From positions 4,412-68,411 of the forward strand of contig JAFTKC010000007.1 of NCBI GenBank assembly GCA_017456055.1: a DNA stretch of 64,000 nt. The letters run 5' to 3'. The DNA is from Clostridia bacterium. GTDB lineage: Bacteria; Bacillota; Clostridia; Christensenellales; Borkfalkiaceae. Shown here piece by piece: positions 56,127-64,000 of the stretch. The position numbers were made by a program, and so were the translations under genes. The notes below the pieces were generated by a model. The model had not been told where the DNA came from. It did no database searches and was given only the letters and a program-made list of their open reading frames with translations. Each line of letters opens with the position of its first letter. Position 1 is the stretch's first letter.

Positions 56127-56791
56127 ATGTTCTCCCAATCAATAGGCGTTTTGCCCTTTGATATTAAGTAGTCGTTTGCTTTTTTAAAATGATTACAGCC
56201 AAAGAATCCGTTATACGCTGAAAGTGGGCTTGGGTGCACGGTTTCTAAAACGAGATGTTTATTTAGGTCGATTAACTCTTTTTTGCTTCTAGCATTAGCA
56301 CCCCAAAGCAAAAATGCCACACTCTCTTTTTTACTTGAGATTTTTTTAATAATTCCGTCGGTAAACTCTTCCCAACCCTTTCCCTTATGAGAATTAGCGT
56401 GATGCTCTCTAACGGTTAAAACGGTGTTTAGTAAAAGCACCCCTTGTTTTGCCCACCCCCTTAAATCGCCGTGATTTATTGGTGGAACGCCATATTCATC
56501 ACTTATTTCTTTATATATATTGACAAGTGACGGTGGAATTTTTTCGCCCTTAGGAACGGAAAAGGCTAGCCCCATTGCTTGACCTTCTTCGTGATAGGGG
56601 TCTTGACCTAATATTACCACCTTAATATCTTCAAATGAAGTTAATTTCATACTGTTAAAGATATTATTCATATCGGGATATATCGTGTGATTACTATATT
56701 CAGTTTTCAAAAACTCTCTAAGTTTTAGATAGGTGGGGGAACTAAACTCTTCTTCTAAAAGTTTATCCCACTCGTTAGAAATTTTAATCAT
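56123..56791 (-). CDS. ung: uracil-DNA glycosylase (family 1)
   Basis: GQDPYH, and HPSPLSA near the C-terminus. Confidence 0.93.
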   Translation of the reverse strand: MIKISNEWDKLLEEEFSSPTYLKLREFLKTEYSNHTIYPDMNNIFNSMKLTSFEDIKVVILGQDPYHEEGQAMGLAFSVPKGEKIPPSLVNIYKEISDEYGVPPINHGDLRGWAKQGVLLLNTVLTVREHHANSHKGKGWEEFTDGIIKKISSKKESVAFLLWGANARSKKELIDLNKHLVLETVHPSPLSAYNGFFGCNHFKKANDYLISKGKTPIDWENI

Positions 56792-56798
56792 TTTATAT

Positions 56799-56807
56799 AT
56801 TGTAGCA
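56799..56807 (-). promoter_or_regulatory. extended -10 (TGcTACAAT) 7 nt upstream of the ung ATG; leaderless-like
   Basis: The reverse strand reads TGCTACAAT-ATATAAA-ATG, with no SD. Confidence 0.45.
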
Positions 56808-56814
56808 TTTTATT

Positions 56815-56843
56815 TTGACAAAATCAATATAATTTCGTATACT
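56815..56843 (+). promoter_or_regulatory. mntP promoter (TTGACA, 17 nt spacer, TATACT)
   Basis: Read directly from the sequence. Confidence 0.55.
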
Positions 56844-56859
56844 ATTTTTCGGTGAAATT

Positions 56860-57420
56860 ATGAATTATCTTGATATTGTAATTATCGCAATAGGTCTTTC
56901 AATGGACGCATTTGCTATAACTATTGCAAACAGCATAAACTTCAAGGGTTCTCTTAATAAATTTCAAGAGTTATCTATGCCTGTGGCCTTTTCCCTTTTT
57001 CAGGGACTCATGCCACTTATTGGTTTTTTTATAGGCTCGTTATTTTTTAACTACGTCGCACCCTACGCAAAATATTTTACGAGCGCAATCTTTTTTATTT
57101 TAACGATAAAAATTATTTACGACACGATTAAAGAGCGCTTAAACAAAGCCCCCGAAAAAGAAAAAACTGCAAAGTTTAGTTTGGTTTTAATATTAATTCA
57201 AGCGCTAGCCACTAGTATAGACGCGTTTATAGTGGGCTTTACGTTAAACAACGCTACCATGCACTTTTTAATCGCAATACTAATTATTTCGGCTATAACC
57301 TTTATATTGGTTTATATCGCACTACTTATCGGCAAAAAATTAGGCTCAATTTTAGGCAAATACACCAACTACGTAAGTATAATAATTATGCTTTTTCTAG
57401 CCGTAAAAAATTTGTTTTAA
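56860..57420 (+). CDS. mntP: manganese efflux pump MntP
   Basis: 186 aa. LSMDAFAI and TSIDAFIVG are the duplicated DUF204 motifs. Confidence 0.88.
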   Translation: MNYLDIVIIAIGLSMDAFAITIANSINFKGSLNKFQELSMPVAFSLFQGLMPLIGFFIGSLFFNYVAPYAKYFTSAIFFILTIKIIYDTIKERLNKAPEKEKTAKFSLVLILIQALATSIDAFIVGFTLNNATMHFLIAILIISAITFILVYIALLIGKKLGSILGKYTNYVSIIIMLFLAVKNLF

Positions 57421-57432
57421 TTGTAAAATACT

Positions 57433-57459
57433 AAGCCCCGAGCAAATTGCTCGGGGCTT
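57433..57459. terminator. bidirectional terminator between mntP and ddl
   Basis: AAGCCCCGAGC/GCTCGGGGCTT stem. Confidence 0.8.
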
Positions 57460-57462
57460 ATT

Positions 57463-58557
57463 CTATTTAACGGTTTTACTTCCCTTTGAAACGAGATTGG
57501 AAATAATTCCCGAATCAAAAGTGGTTTTAAGTAGACTTTCCTTGTTAAACACACTCTCAGCGTAATCAATAAGTTCGTTTAGCATTTCTCTAAATTTATC
57601 CGTACTCTTGCAAAATAAATAATAGGCAAGTGAGCCTGGCACGGTGTTTATTTCGTTAACGTAAATCTTTTCGTTATGTATAAAAAAGTCTATTCTAATT
57701 ACTCCCTTAAAATTCATTTCTTTATAAATTCTCGAAGTAGTCTTTTTTATTCTTTCTTCTAAATCTTTTTCGATTTTTGCGGGAAATTCTCTCTTTCCAC
57801 ACTCGTATTTATCGCTAAAAGATAAGACTTCTTCTTTCCCTATCGGCCTTTCGCATTCGGAAACGATAATATTGCCATCGCCATCCTTAAAACTAGCGCA
57901 ATTTATTTCTATAAAGTTTTCTAACGCCGGCTCGATTATAGCCTTTTTACTAAAAGAAAGAGCGTCTATAACGGCAGTTTCAAGTTCACGTCTATTATTA
58001 ACCTTTGAAATTCCAATACTTGAGCCACCCGTATTGGGCTTAACTATCAGTGGATAGTTTAATTTTTCAGCTGAAAGCGAAGAAACCACGTCCTCGGCAA
58101 CGCTAAATGGCAAACAAGGCACTCCCAATCCCTTTAGTACGATTTTAGTAAAACTTTTACTCATACACGCCGAGGAGGAAAGAGCGTCAGGGGAAGCGCA
58201 AGCAATACCGCAAAGAGATAGAAGCGAAGATAAACTTCCGTCCTCTCCCCTTTCGCCGTGCATACAATTTATTGCACAAGAGATAGGCTCTCCTTTTTTT
58301 ATCTTTTTGCCTTTTAAGTAATAAATACAATTACTACCTGGAATTAAAGCGACCTTTTTTATTTTTTTATAGTCTAAATTTTTATAAAAATCGGGATTTT
58401 TTAGGCTTTCACCCGTAAAAAACTCACCCTTTTTATCTACGAATATTGGAAGAACGTTGTATTTTTTATCCACACTATTAGTAGTTAAAAGGCCCGTAAT
58501 TATAGAAATTTCGTGTTCAATTGAACGTCCACCAAAGAAAACTGTAATATTTTTCAT
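57463..58557 (-). CDS. ddl: D-alanine--D-alanine ligase
   Basis: MKNITVFFGGRSIEHEISIITG..., an ATP-grasp layout and NEINTVPG. The ATG at 58557 follows GAGGTG. Confidence 0.92.
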   Translation of the reverse strand: MKNITVFFGGRSIEHEISIITGLLTTNSVDKKYNVLPIFVDKKGEFFTGESLKNPDFYKNLDYKKIKKVALIPGSNCIYYLKGKKIKKGEPISCAINCMHGERGEDGSLSSLLSLCGIACASPDALSSSACMSKSFTKIVLKGLGVPCLPFSVAEDVVSSLSAEKLNYPLIVKPNTGGSSIGISKVNNRRELETAVIDALSFSKKAIIEPALENFIEINCASFKDGDGNIIVSECERPIGKEEVLSFSDKYECGKREFPAKIEKDLEERIKKTTSRIYKEMNFKGVIRIDFFIHNEKIYVNEINTVPGSLAYYLFCKSTDKFREMLNELIDYAESVFNKESLLKTTFDSGIISNLVSKGSKTVK

Positions 58558-58604
58558 ATAAAAAAACACCTCGCATTTATTTTTTGCTTTGGTGTTTTTT
58601 ATTT

Positions 58605-60263
58605 TTAACTGTAATTGTCGGGAAGGTCGTTCTCAAATAAAACGACGTCGCCCTCCTTTAATATTGTATTCAAATATTGGTTGCCTTTGTTAAGAGATTT
58701 ATAAAAGGTTATATTGTTTCTATCCATACCGCCGTCTAAAAGCCCTGAAACCAACATTTCGGCGTTATGTTTTCCTATAACGATAACCATATCTGCGTGA
58801 GAGGCTAAGAGTTTACCCATTTCGTAGTTGGCTTGATTTTCTCTCTTGCCTAATTCTACGAGCCCCGGCGTCAACACAATCTTTCTGCCCGAGAAATGAT
58901 CCAAAACTTCCATCGACGCCTTAACCCCGTCTTCATTAGCGTTAAAACTATCGTCTATTATAACTATATTTTTGTTGTTTGGAATAAGTTCAAGCCTATG
59001 CCCCACGCTTTGAAGTTTACAAATACCGAAACATATTTCTTCTGGCGTTAGACCAAGTTCGTAGGCAACTGACGACGCCAAGCAAATGTTATCTATACTA
59101 TGCTTTCCTAGTAGTGTGGTCATACACGAAATCGGCTTTTCCCCTTTTATTACTAGGTTAAACCACGTACCCCTTGCCGTCACGTTAACGTTTTCCGCAT
59201 AAACTAAACTTTGCCCACCGTTTCCACCTGCAAGCACCTTTTTGCCGTTAAATCTATCAAAGAGTTCTCTCGCACCTTCGTTTTCCGAAGAGAAGAACCC
59301 AACTCCGTCACTAGGCAAACCTTCAAACAACTCGAACTTGGTGTTCTTGGTGTTTTCTATATCCTTAAAAGTCTCTAAATGTTGGTTGTTTATACCCGTT
59401 AAAACTCCGTATTTTGGTTTTACCATATTTACGAGTTCTTTAATATCCCCTTTTGTTCTTGCGCCCATTTCGGCAATAAATACGTCGTGAGTGCTGTCTA
59501 GATTTTTTACTGCCCAACTCATTCCAAGCGGGGTATTAAATGATTCTGGCGTTGCCAATACTCTATATCTAACCGAAAGTATTCCCTTTAGAATCTCTTT
59601 GACGCTCGTCTTACCATAACTTCCCGTTATTCCTATTTTAATAACGTTTTGCCTATCGAGTTTTCTCTTTGTGATAGCATAATATCTACGCCTAATAATT
59701 TCTTCCATCGGCTCGTTTAAGCCGTATGCAACGATAAGTAAGACGGGGGTTAATAGCGGCGTTAAACAAATGATAGAGTTCCTTAAAATGAAAATCGCTT
59801 CGCTATTTAAAAGCCTTGCTAGATAATTTACTAAAAGAATCAGCCCAAACGAAAAAGCGAATAAAACTAGCGCGTAGGTTATGCAAAGTCTAACTAGCCT
59901 TTTAGTTTTCTTTAACGGAACTTTAGCGTTTACCGCCCCCTCGGTTTTTATATAAGAAACGCCGAATAAAACGTATGAAGCAAAGCCAACGTAAGAACAC
60001 GCTTCCGTGCCCAAAAGAGAAGCAAAACAAATATTTAGCACGCAAAAGAAAAGTAATCCCATAAATGCTAAAAGCATTAACCTTGCCATGTACGTTTTTT
60101 TGCTATCTTTAACCCACTTAAAATATCTTCTTCCCTTATATCCACTTTGTTGAAGAACAAGCATAAACTTAAAAGACGAAAAATATAATAAGAGTCCGTT
60201 CATAGCGCTTATAACTAAATAAATTATTAAGTTTTGATTGCTTAGAATTTGAGAAAACTCCAT
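58605..60263 (-). CDS. murF: MurF-like Mur ligase (UDP-MurNAc-tripeptide--D-Ala-D-Ala ligase family) fused to an N-terminal ~190-aa multi-helix membrane domain
   Basis: From about aa 205: IGITGSYGKTSVKEIL ... AEMGARTKGDIKEL ... GVLTGINNQHLETF. This aligns block for block with my recollection of B. subtilis MurF. Residues 1-190 carry about five hydrophobic helices. Confidence 0.8.
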   Translation of the reverse strand: MEFSQILSNQNLIIYLVISAMNGLLLYFSSFKFMLVLQQSGYKGRRYFKWVKDSKKTYMARLMLLAFMGLLFFCVLNICFASLLGTEACSYVGFASYVLFGVSYIKTEGAVNAKVPLKKTKRLVRLCITYALVLFAFSFGLILLVNYLARLLNSEAIFILRNSIICLTPLLTPVLLIVAYGLNEPMEEIIRRRYYAITKRKLDRQNVIKIGITGSYGKTSVKEILKGILSVRYRVLATPESFNTPLGMSWAVKNLDSTHDVFIAEMGARTKGDIKELVNMVKPKYGVLTGINNQHLETFKDIENTKNTKFELFEGLPSDGVGFFSSENEGARELFDRFNGKKVLAGGNGGQSLVYAENVNVTARGTWFNLVIKGEKPISCMTTLLGKHSIDNICLASSVAYELGLTPEEICFGICKLQSVGHRLELIPNNKNIVIIDDSFNANEDGVKASMEVLDHFSGRKIVLTPGLVELGKRENQANYEMGKLLASHADMVIVIGKHNAEMLVSGLLDGGMDRNNITFYKSLNKGNQYLNTILKEGDVVLFENDLPDNYS

Positions 60264-60265
60264 CT

Positions 60266-60976
60266 TTACTTTGAGAGAAGAAAATCTCTAACCTCCATAT
60301 TAAACCTTTCGGGATTATCAATAAAAGAAAAATGCCCTGCCTTTTCGATTATAACGAGTTTGCTATTTTTTATACCTGAATTTAGCCGTTTTGCCATATA
60401 TAAAGGGGTTTCTCGGTCTTTTTCCCCGTTTACAATAAGCGTTTGATTATAAATTCCACTTAGCGTGTAATCCAAATGCTCGTTGACTATTTTAATAAAA
60501 CTTTCTTTCATTACGTCGTCAAGCAATAAATAGTCTTTTGAGTAAAAACTCTTAAGCCTTTCTTTTTTTATAAATTTACTCAACAACTTAAAGGTTTTAG
60601 TTTTTATTTCTCTTTTTAAGGTTTTTTTAGGTTGAAGCCCTGCAGAGCCCGTCAAAACCATTTTAGAAAAAAAGTTTTTATCCGTGTAGGCTGACTTTAA
60701 CGCCACTCTTCCGCCGAAAGAGTGCGCCACCACCGACGGACTTTTTAGCCCCTTATTATAAAAATATTCTTTAGTTTCTAATATGTAATCATCTAAAGAA
60801 TAGGGGTGCTCCATACCTTTATTGTTGCCAAAGCCCTTAAAGTCAAAAGCAAAAACTTCAAAGTCTCGCTCAAAGAATCTAAATTGTTTTATAAAACTTT
60901 CCTTGCAAGATAAATATCCGTGCAAAAAAACTAGTTGTTTGTTATCTTTAGTAGAAAAATCTTCTACCTTAAAAAT
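60266..60976 (-). CDS. alpha/beta-fold hydrolase, probably initiating at ATT (60976 or 60979) rather than the track's TTG at 60925
   Basis: AHSFGG nucleophile elbow. The track start cuts the conserved LVFLHG strand. The frame is open upstream to 61030 with no ATG, GTG or TTG. AAAGGAG sits just before ATT-ATT. Confidence 0.7.
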   Translation of the reverse strand: MFKVEDFSTKDNKQLVFLHGYLSCKESFIKQFRFFERDFEVFAFDFKGFGNNKGMEHPYSLDDYILETKEYFYNKGLKSPSVVAHSFGGRVALKSAYTDKNFFSKMVLTGSAGLQPKKTLKREIKTKTFKLLSKFIKKERLKSFYSKDYLLLDDVMKESFIKIVNEHLDYTLSGIYNQTLIVNGEKDRETPLYMAKRLNSGIKNSKLVIIEKAGHFSFIDNPERFNMEVRDFLLSK

Positions 60977-60978
60977 AA

Positions 60979-61401
60979 TTACTCCTTTATAAATACTAAC
61001 GCGTTTTCCCCGTCGAAATAGTATTTTTTTCTAATAGATATTTGCTTAAAACCTAAACTTGTATATAGGCTTATTGCCGGAATATTACTCTCTCTAACTT
61101 CTAAAAAGAACTTTTTTATATCGCCAAGTTGCTCTATCGCCTTTTTTACTAGTTCTCTAGCAACCCCTTGTTTTCTAAACTCTTTTATAACGTAAACGCT
61201 TTCTATATCGGCTTCTTCTACGCCGAGCGTTATGGTGATAAATCCAAGTTTAACGCCATCTTCTTCTGCTATTAGCCCGAAAAATCTTCCACTATTAAAA
61301 GAAGATAAGTATTGTTCACTATTCCAGCAATCTAGAAAATCTTTTTTCTTTGGCTCTTCTAAAAAAGGAATATCTTCTATCGTTATTTTTCTAAAAGTCA
61401 T
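60979..61401 (-). CDS. rimI: ribosomal-protein-alanine N-acetyltransferase (GNAT)
   Basis: RKQGVARELV acetyl-CoA motif. Positioned after tsaB with a 4-nt overlap. Confidence 0.85.
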   Translation of the reverse strand: MTFRKITIEDIPFLEEPKKKDFLDCWNSEQYLSSFNSGRFFGLIAEEDGVKLGFITITLGVEEADIESVYVIKEFRKQGVARELVKKAIEQLGDIKKFFLEVRESNIPAISLYTSLGFKQISIRKKYYFDGENALVFIKE

Positions 61402-62006
61402 CTTCCTTCCTCTGCTTGACTTTTTCTAACGTATAAAGGCTCTAATTTATCTAAATCACTCGTTGCGTTTTCTTTTAGTTTTTCTATGGCAATAGGTAGC
61501 CCTTCTTTAGCGCTAACTATTTCTACTTCTAGTCCCTCTATTTTATTTTCTGCAACTAATAAATATTCTTTAGAAAGTTCTACTAGTTCTTCTCTTAAAA
61601 TATATTTTGGGGCTAAAATTAACTTCTCGTTAGAATATCCTGCAACGTAAAATCCGTTATGCCCCGCGTCGATTACGGCTAAAACCTTTTCACCTTTTTT
61701 ATTATACGCCAAGGTATCGAAAGAAGTGACGCTTAGTGCCTTTACCCCCAAAGAAAAGCATAGCGCCTTTACCGTAGCAACGCCGATTCTAATACCTGTA
61801 AATGAGCCTGCTCCTACTACGCAAGCAATAAAATCAGCATTTTTTAGGTCAAAATCGGCTTTATTTAGTAGATTTTCTATCTCTACCATAATTTTTTCCG
61901 AGTGTCTAACCCCACACTCTAAATCGCTATATGAATAGATTTTATCATCTTTACAAGCGATTAAGTTAAGCGCCTTTCCACTCGTGTCAACTGCTAAATA
62001 ATTCAA
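61398..62006 (-). CDS. tsaB: tRNA t6A37 biosynthesis protein TsaB
   Basis: MNYLAVDTSGKAL...GAGSFTGIRIGVATVK. Confidence 0.9.
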   Translation of the reverse strand: MNYLAVDTSGKALNLIACKDDKIYSYSDLECGVRHSEKIMVEIENLLNKADFDLKNADFIACVVGAGSFTGIRIGVATVKALCFSLGVKALSVTSFDTLAYNKKGEKVLAVIDAGHNGFYVAGYSNEKLILAPKYILREELVELSKEYLLVAENKIEGLEVEIVSAKEGLPIAIEKLKENATSDLDKLEPLYVRKSQAEEGR

Positions 62007-62398
62007 TATATAATCCTTCTTTCCGTAGGGGAAATTTTTTCTATTTTAACGGTTTTTATATTCTTTGGAAGAGCCGAACTAATGTTTTCCGCCCACTCTA
62101 AAACGCAAATATTATCTTTATTAAAGTAGTCCGTGAGCCCTAAAAGTTCGGCATCTTCACCACTACCTAGTCTATAAAAATCGTAGTGATAAATAAAATC
62201 GCCGTAAACGTTTAAGTATGCGTAGGTGGGGCTAACTACTCCGTCAAGCCCAAAAAACTCGGCAAGTCCTTTAGTAAACGCCGTTTTGCCAGCGCCAAGT
62301 TCTCCGTCAAGCCTAATAACGTCCCCTTTATCTAGGGTGCTTGCGTATTTTTTAGCAAACTCTCTCGTTTGCTCTTCGCTAGTAGATATAAATTCCAT
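62003..62398 (-). CDS. tsaE: tRNA t6A37 biosynthesis ATPase TsaE
   Basis: LDGELGAGKTAFTKG P-loop. Confidence 0.9.
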   Translation of the reverse strand: MEFISTSEEQTREFAKKYASTLDKGDVIRLDGELGAGKTAFTKGLAEFFGLDGVVSPTYAYLNVYGDFIYHYDFYRLGSGEDAELLGLTDYFNKDNICVLEWAENISSALPKNIKTVKIEKISPTERRIIY

Positions 62399-62404
62399 AT
62401 AATT

Positions 62405-62433
62405 ATTATAATATTATTTTTTAATTATGTCTA
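62405..62433 (-). promoter_or_regulatory. tsaE operon promoter (TAGACA, 17 nt spacer, TATAAT) with the -10 located 6 nt from the ATG; leaderless configuration
   Basis: The reverse strand reads TAGACA-N17-TATAAT-AATTAT-ATG, within the 35-nt gap after ribU. Confidence 0.55.
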
Positions 62434-62982
62434 TTAAATTGACTTTATTAAAAAAGAAACTCTCTTATATAATAAAATAGTAACTAGGCTAATAGCAACC
62501 GATTTTATTAAGTTAAATAGTGCGACGAATATCCAAAGTTCCTTAAATGCCTCACCTGCACCTGCCCCCATATATAATGGGAAATTTATAAATCTATTCA
62601 CTATGAGCGAAGCGACGACTTGAATAAAACAAGCAAAAACTAAAGAGATTACAACGTTTTCTAAACCTTTTCGATTTTCATACATTAAACAAGGAAGCAA
62701 AATGAAAGAAGAGATAACTAAAAAGTTAGCAATCTCGCCCACTCCACCCGTTGAAGATTTAGTAATAAAACAAATAAATTCCTTAACGGCACAAGCAGAG
62801 ATTCCATATCCCCAACCAAACATAAACCCTAGAAGCAGGATAAACACTGCTGAAAAATCTAGTTTTAGAAAAGGTGCAGCGATGAAAATAGGAAATTCTA
62901 AATAAGAAACTCCATACGCCATAGCCGAAAGTAGCGCTGTAAAGACGATTTTTTTCGTAGTTGAAGTTTGTTTATCTTGCAT
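62434..62982 (-). CDS. ribU: ECF-transporter S component for riboflavin (RibU type)
   Basis: 182 aa, 5-6 TM helices, FLKLDFS motif, and preceded by an FMN riboswitch. Confidence 0.8.
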   Translation of the reverse strand: MQDKQTSTTKKIVFTALLSAMAYGVSYLEFPIFIAAPFLKLDFSAVFILLLGFMFGWGYGISACAVKEFICFITKSSTGGVGEIANFLVISSFILLPCLMYENRKGLENVVISLVFACFIQVVASLIVNRFINFPLYMGAGAGEAFKELWIFVALFNLIKSVAISLVTILLYKRVSFLIKSI

Positions 62983-62988
62983 AATAAA

Positions 62989-63012
62989 ACGCCCCTTTAT
63001 TCAAAGGGGCGT
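62989..63012 (-). terminator. riboswitch expression-platform hairpin (terminator and SD sequestor)
   Basis: The RNA reads ACGCCCCTTTGAATAAAGGGGCGT followed by TTTTATT and then ATG directly. The only SD-like AAGGGG lies in the 3' arm. Confidence 0.7.
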
Positions 63013-63050
63013 GAAAAACTAAAAACACTATAATTATGCAAAAGTTTTAA

Positions 63051-63160
63051 ATTCTTTTCTCATCCGGACTATACCGTCGGTTTAGGAATTGCACCCAATC
63101 AGCCTATTGGCTCGCAGACTTTAACTGCCGGTGAGGATTTTCGCCTCGCCCCAAAGAATT
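63051..63160 (-). promoter_or_regulatory. FMN riboswitch (RFN element) aptamer
   Basis: The reverse strand reads TTCTTTGGGGCGAGGCGAAAATCCTCACCGGCAGTTAAAGTCTGCGAGCC...GATTGGGTGCAATTCCTAAACCGACGGTATAGTCCGGATGAGAAAAGAA. This matches the conserved RFN cores and the P1 closing helix. Confidence 0.9.
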
Positions 63161-63305
63161 ATTTTATTGATTTTATTGTATTCTTTTTTTCGCCTTTTGT
63201 AAAGCGAATTATTTAAGTTTGATAAAAACTCTCTATTTTCATCAAATTTTGTTATTTAACACCCCTAATTTTAATGATATCATTTTTTTAAGTTTAGGGG
63301 GAATT

Positions 63306-63545
63306 ATGCTATTATCTTCTTATATCTACGGCCCAATTTTTTTGGCGCTTGGCTTCCTTTTTTGTCTTGTTGTAGTGGTGGGAATAAAATCGGTGATTTT
63401 CTTTATAAAATCAAAACTAAAAGAAAAATTTTCACCACCCAAAAAAGAAATGGATAAAAAGGAAAAATCAGCACCTAAAAAGAGTAGAACTTTAGAAATT
63501 AACGCGCAAGACGTTGATAAAATATATTTTAGAAAGTCTTCTTAG
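63306..63545 (+). CDS. small hypothetical membrane protein (79 aa) with a Lys-rich tail
   Basis: The ATG at 63306 follows AGGGGGA. One long hydrophobic stretch. The track's start at 63219 is considered over-extended. Confidence 0.45.
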   Translation: MLLSSYIYGPIFLALGFLFCLVVVVGIKSVIFFIKSKLKEKFSPPKKEMDKKEKSAPKKSRTLEINAQDVDKIYFRKSS

Positions 63546-63883
63546 AACTTTTCTACGTTTTCTTGGTCGCCCCAAAGTTTTTCTATGGTATAAAAAAGTC
63601 TAGTTTCGTCGTTAAAAACGTGCACGATTACGTCGCCGTAATCTAAAACTGCCCATCTGCCTTCCTTAACGCCCTCTCTTCTAACGGGAGCAACGCCGAG
63701 TTTATCTATTTCTTCCTCTACGTATTCGATAAGCGAGCGAGTATGCGTAGAAGACCTTCCGCTTGCCACTATAAAATAGTCTGCCACGGAAGACTTATCT
63801 TTAATATCTATTCTAACGATATCTTCGCCCTTTTTGTCGCTTAAAATTTCACAAATTTTACTACTAAATTCTCTTGAATCCAT
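63542..63883 (-). CDS. rsfS: ribosome silencing factor RsfS (iojap)
   Basis: DIKDKSSVADYFIVASGRSSTHTRSL...WAVLDYGDVIVHVF. Confidence 0.92.
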   Translation of the reverse strand: MDSREFSSKICEILSDKKGEDIVRIDIKDKSSVADYFIVASGRSSTHTRSLIEYVEEEIDKLGVAPVRREGVKEGRWAVLDYGDVIVHVFNDETRLFYTIEKLWGDQENVEKF

Positions 63884-63894
63884 AATTTTCTCCT

Positions 63895-64000
63895 TTACTT
63901 TTTATTTATATAATAATCGTAAGCGTTTAGAGTCTCTATAAATATAGGCTCTTTTTTATTTACTAAATGTATAGTTTCTTCCTTTAAGCACTCCAAAAAA
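63895..64000 (-). CDS. partial CDS (C-terminal 35 codons) of the gene upstream of rsfS
   Basis: Open frame ...LECLKEETIHLVNKKEPIFIETLNAYDYYINKK, with its stop 8 nt before the rsfS SD. Identity not determinable. The position is the one often occupied by yqeK. Confidence 0.3.
   Translation of the reverse strand, partial: FLECLKEETIHLVNKKEPIFIETLNAYDYYINKK

Noticed and set aside
56792-56859. An expected yybP-ykoY (Mn) riboswitch upstream of mntP.
   Set aside because: Only 68 nt separate ung and mntP. That space is filled by two promoters, leaving no room for the ~100-nt aptamer, and none of its conserved sequence is present.

Overview
A low-GC, Firmicutes/Clostridia-like chromosomal core region, densely packed and mostly on the minus strand. 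There are no rRNA or tRNA genes, CRISPR arrays, transposases, integrases or phage genes.

**Recognisable blocks**
- yebC-trmH and the infC-rpmI-rplT operon with an L20-type leader.
- A PlsC-like acyltransferase, DegV, archaeal-type AspRS and QueH.
- A CpsD/CpsB-type tyrosine kinase/phosphatase pair.
- addB-addA.
- A run of lipoprotein and peptidase genes, then hup.
- rpoB-rpoC-rpsL-rpsG-fusA-tuf.
- An 11.6 kb mixed wedge: rqcP-ispDF, ruvX-DUF1292, two zinc-ribbon membrane paralogs around an XRE gene, nifS-nifU, a nucleoside hydrolase, a FliB-like gene and an AEC transporter.
- rpmG-secE-nusG-rplK-rplA-rplJ-rplL.
- An XRE plus membrane-protein module.
- A SpoIVFA/SpoIVFB-like pair, apgM, ung and mntP.
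- A tsaE-tsaB-rimI-hydrolase-murF-ddl string.
- An FMN riboswitch controlling ribU, then rsfS.

**No clear-cut new multi-gene system (such as a defence island) can be supported from sequence alone.** The observations most worth follow-up are:
1. A MurF-like ligase whose N-terminal domain is replaced by about 190 aa of predicted membrane helices.
2. A recurring 'extended -10, 6 nt, start codon' geometry without a Shine-Dalgarno (SD) site at about 8 genes, suggesting leaderless mRNAs.
3. An alpha/beta hydrolase that only makes sense with an ATT start, alongside an ATT start for infC.
4. A duplicated structured motif in front of both rplK and rplA.
5. A 200-nt multi-hairpin rpsL-rpsG spacer.
6. 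An XRE operator/promoter architecture controlling a zinc-ribbon membrane protein.
7. A metallothionein-like (Cys-Asp)n extension on DUF1292.
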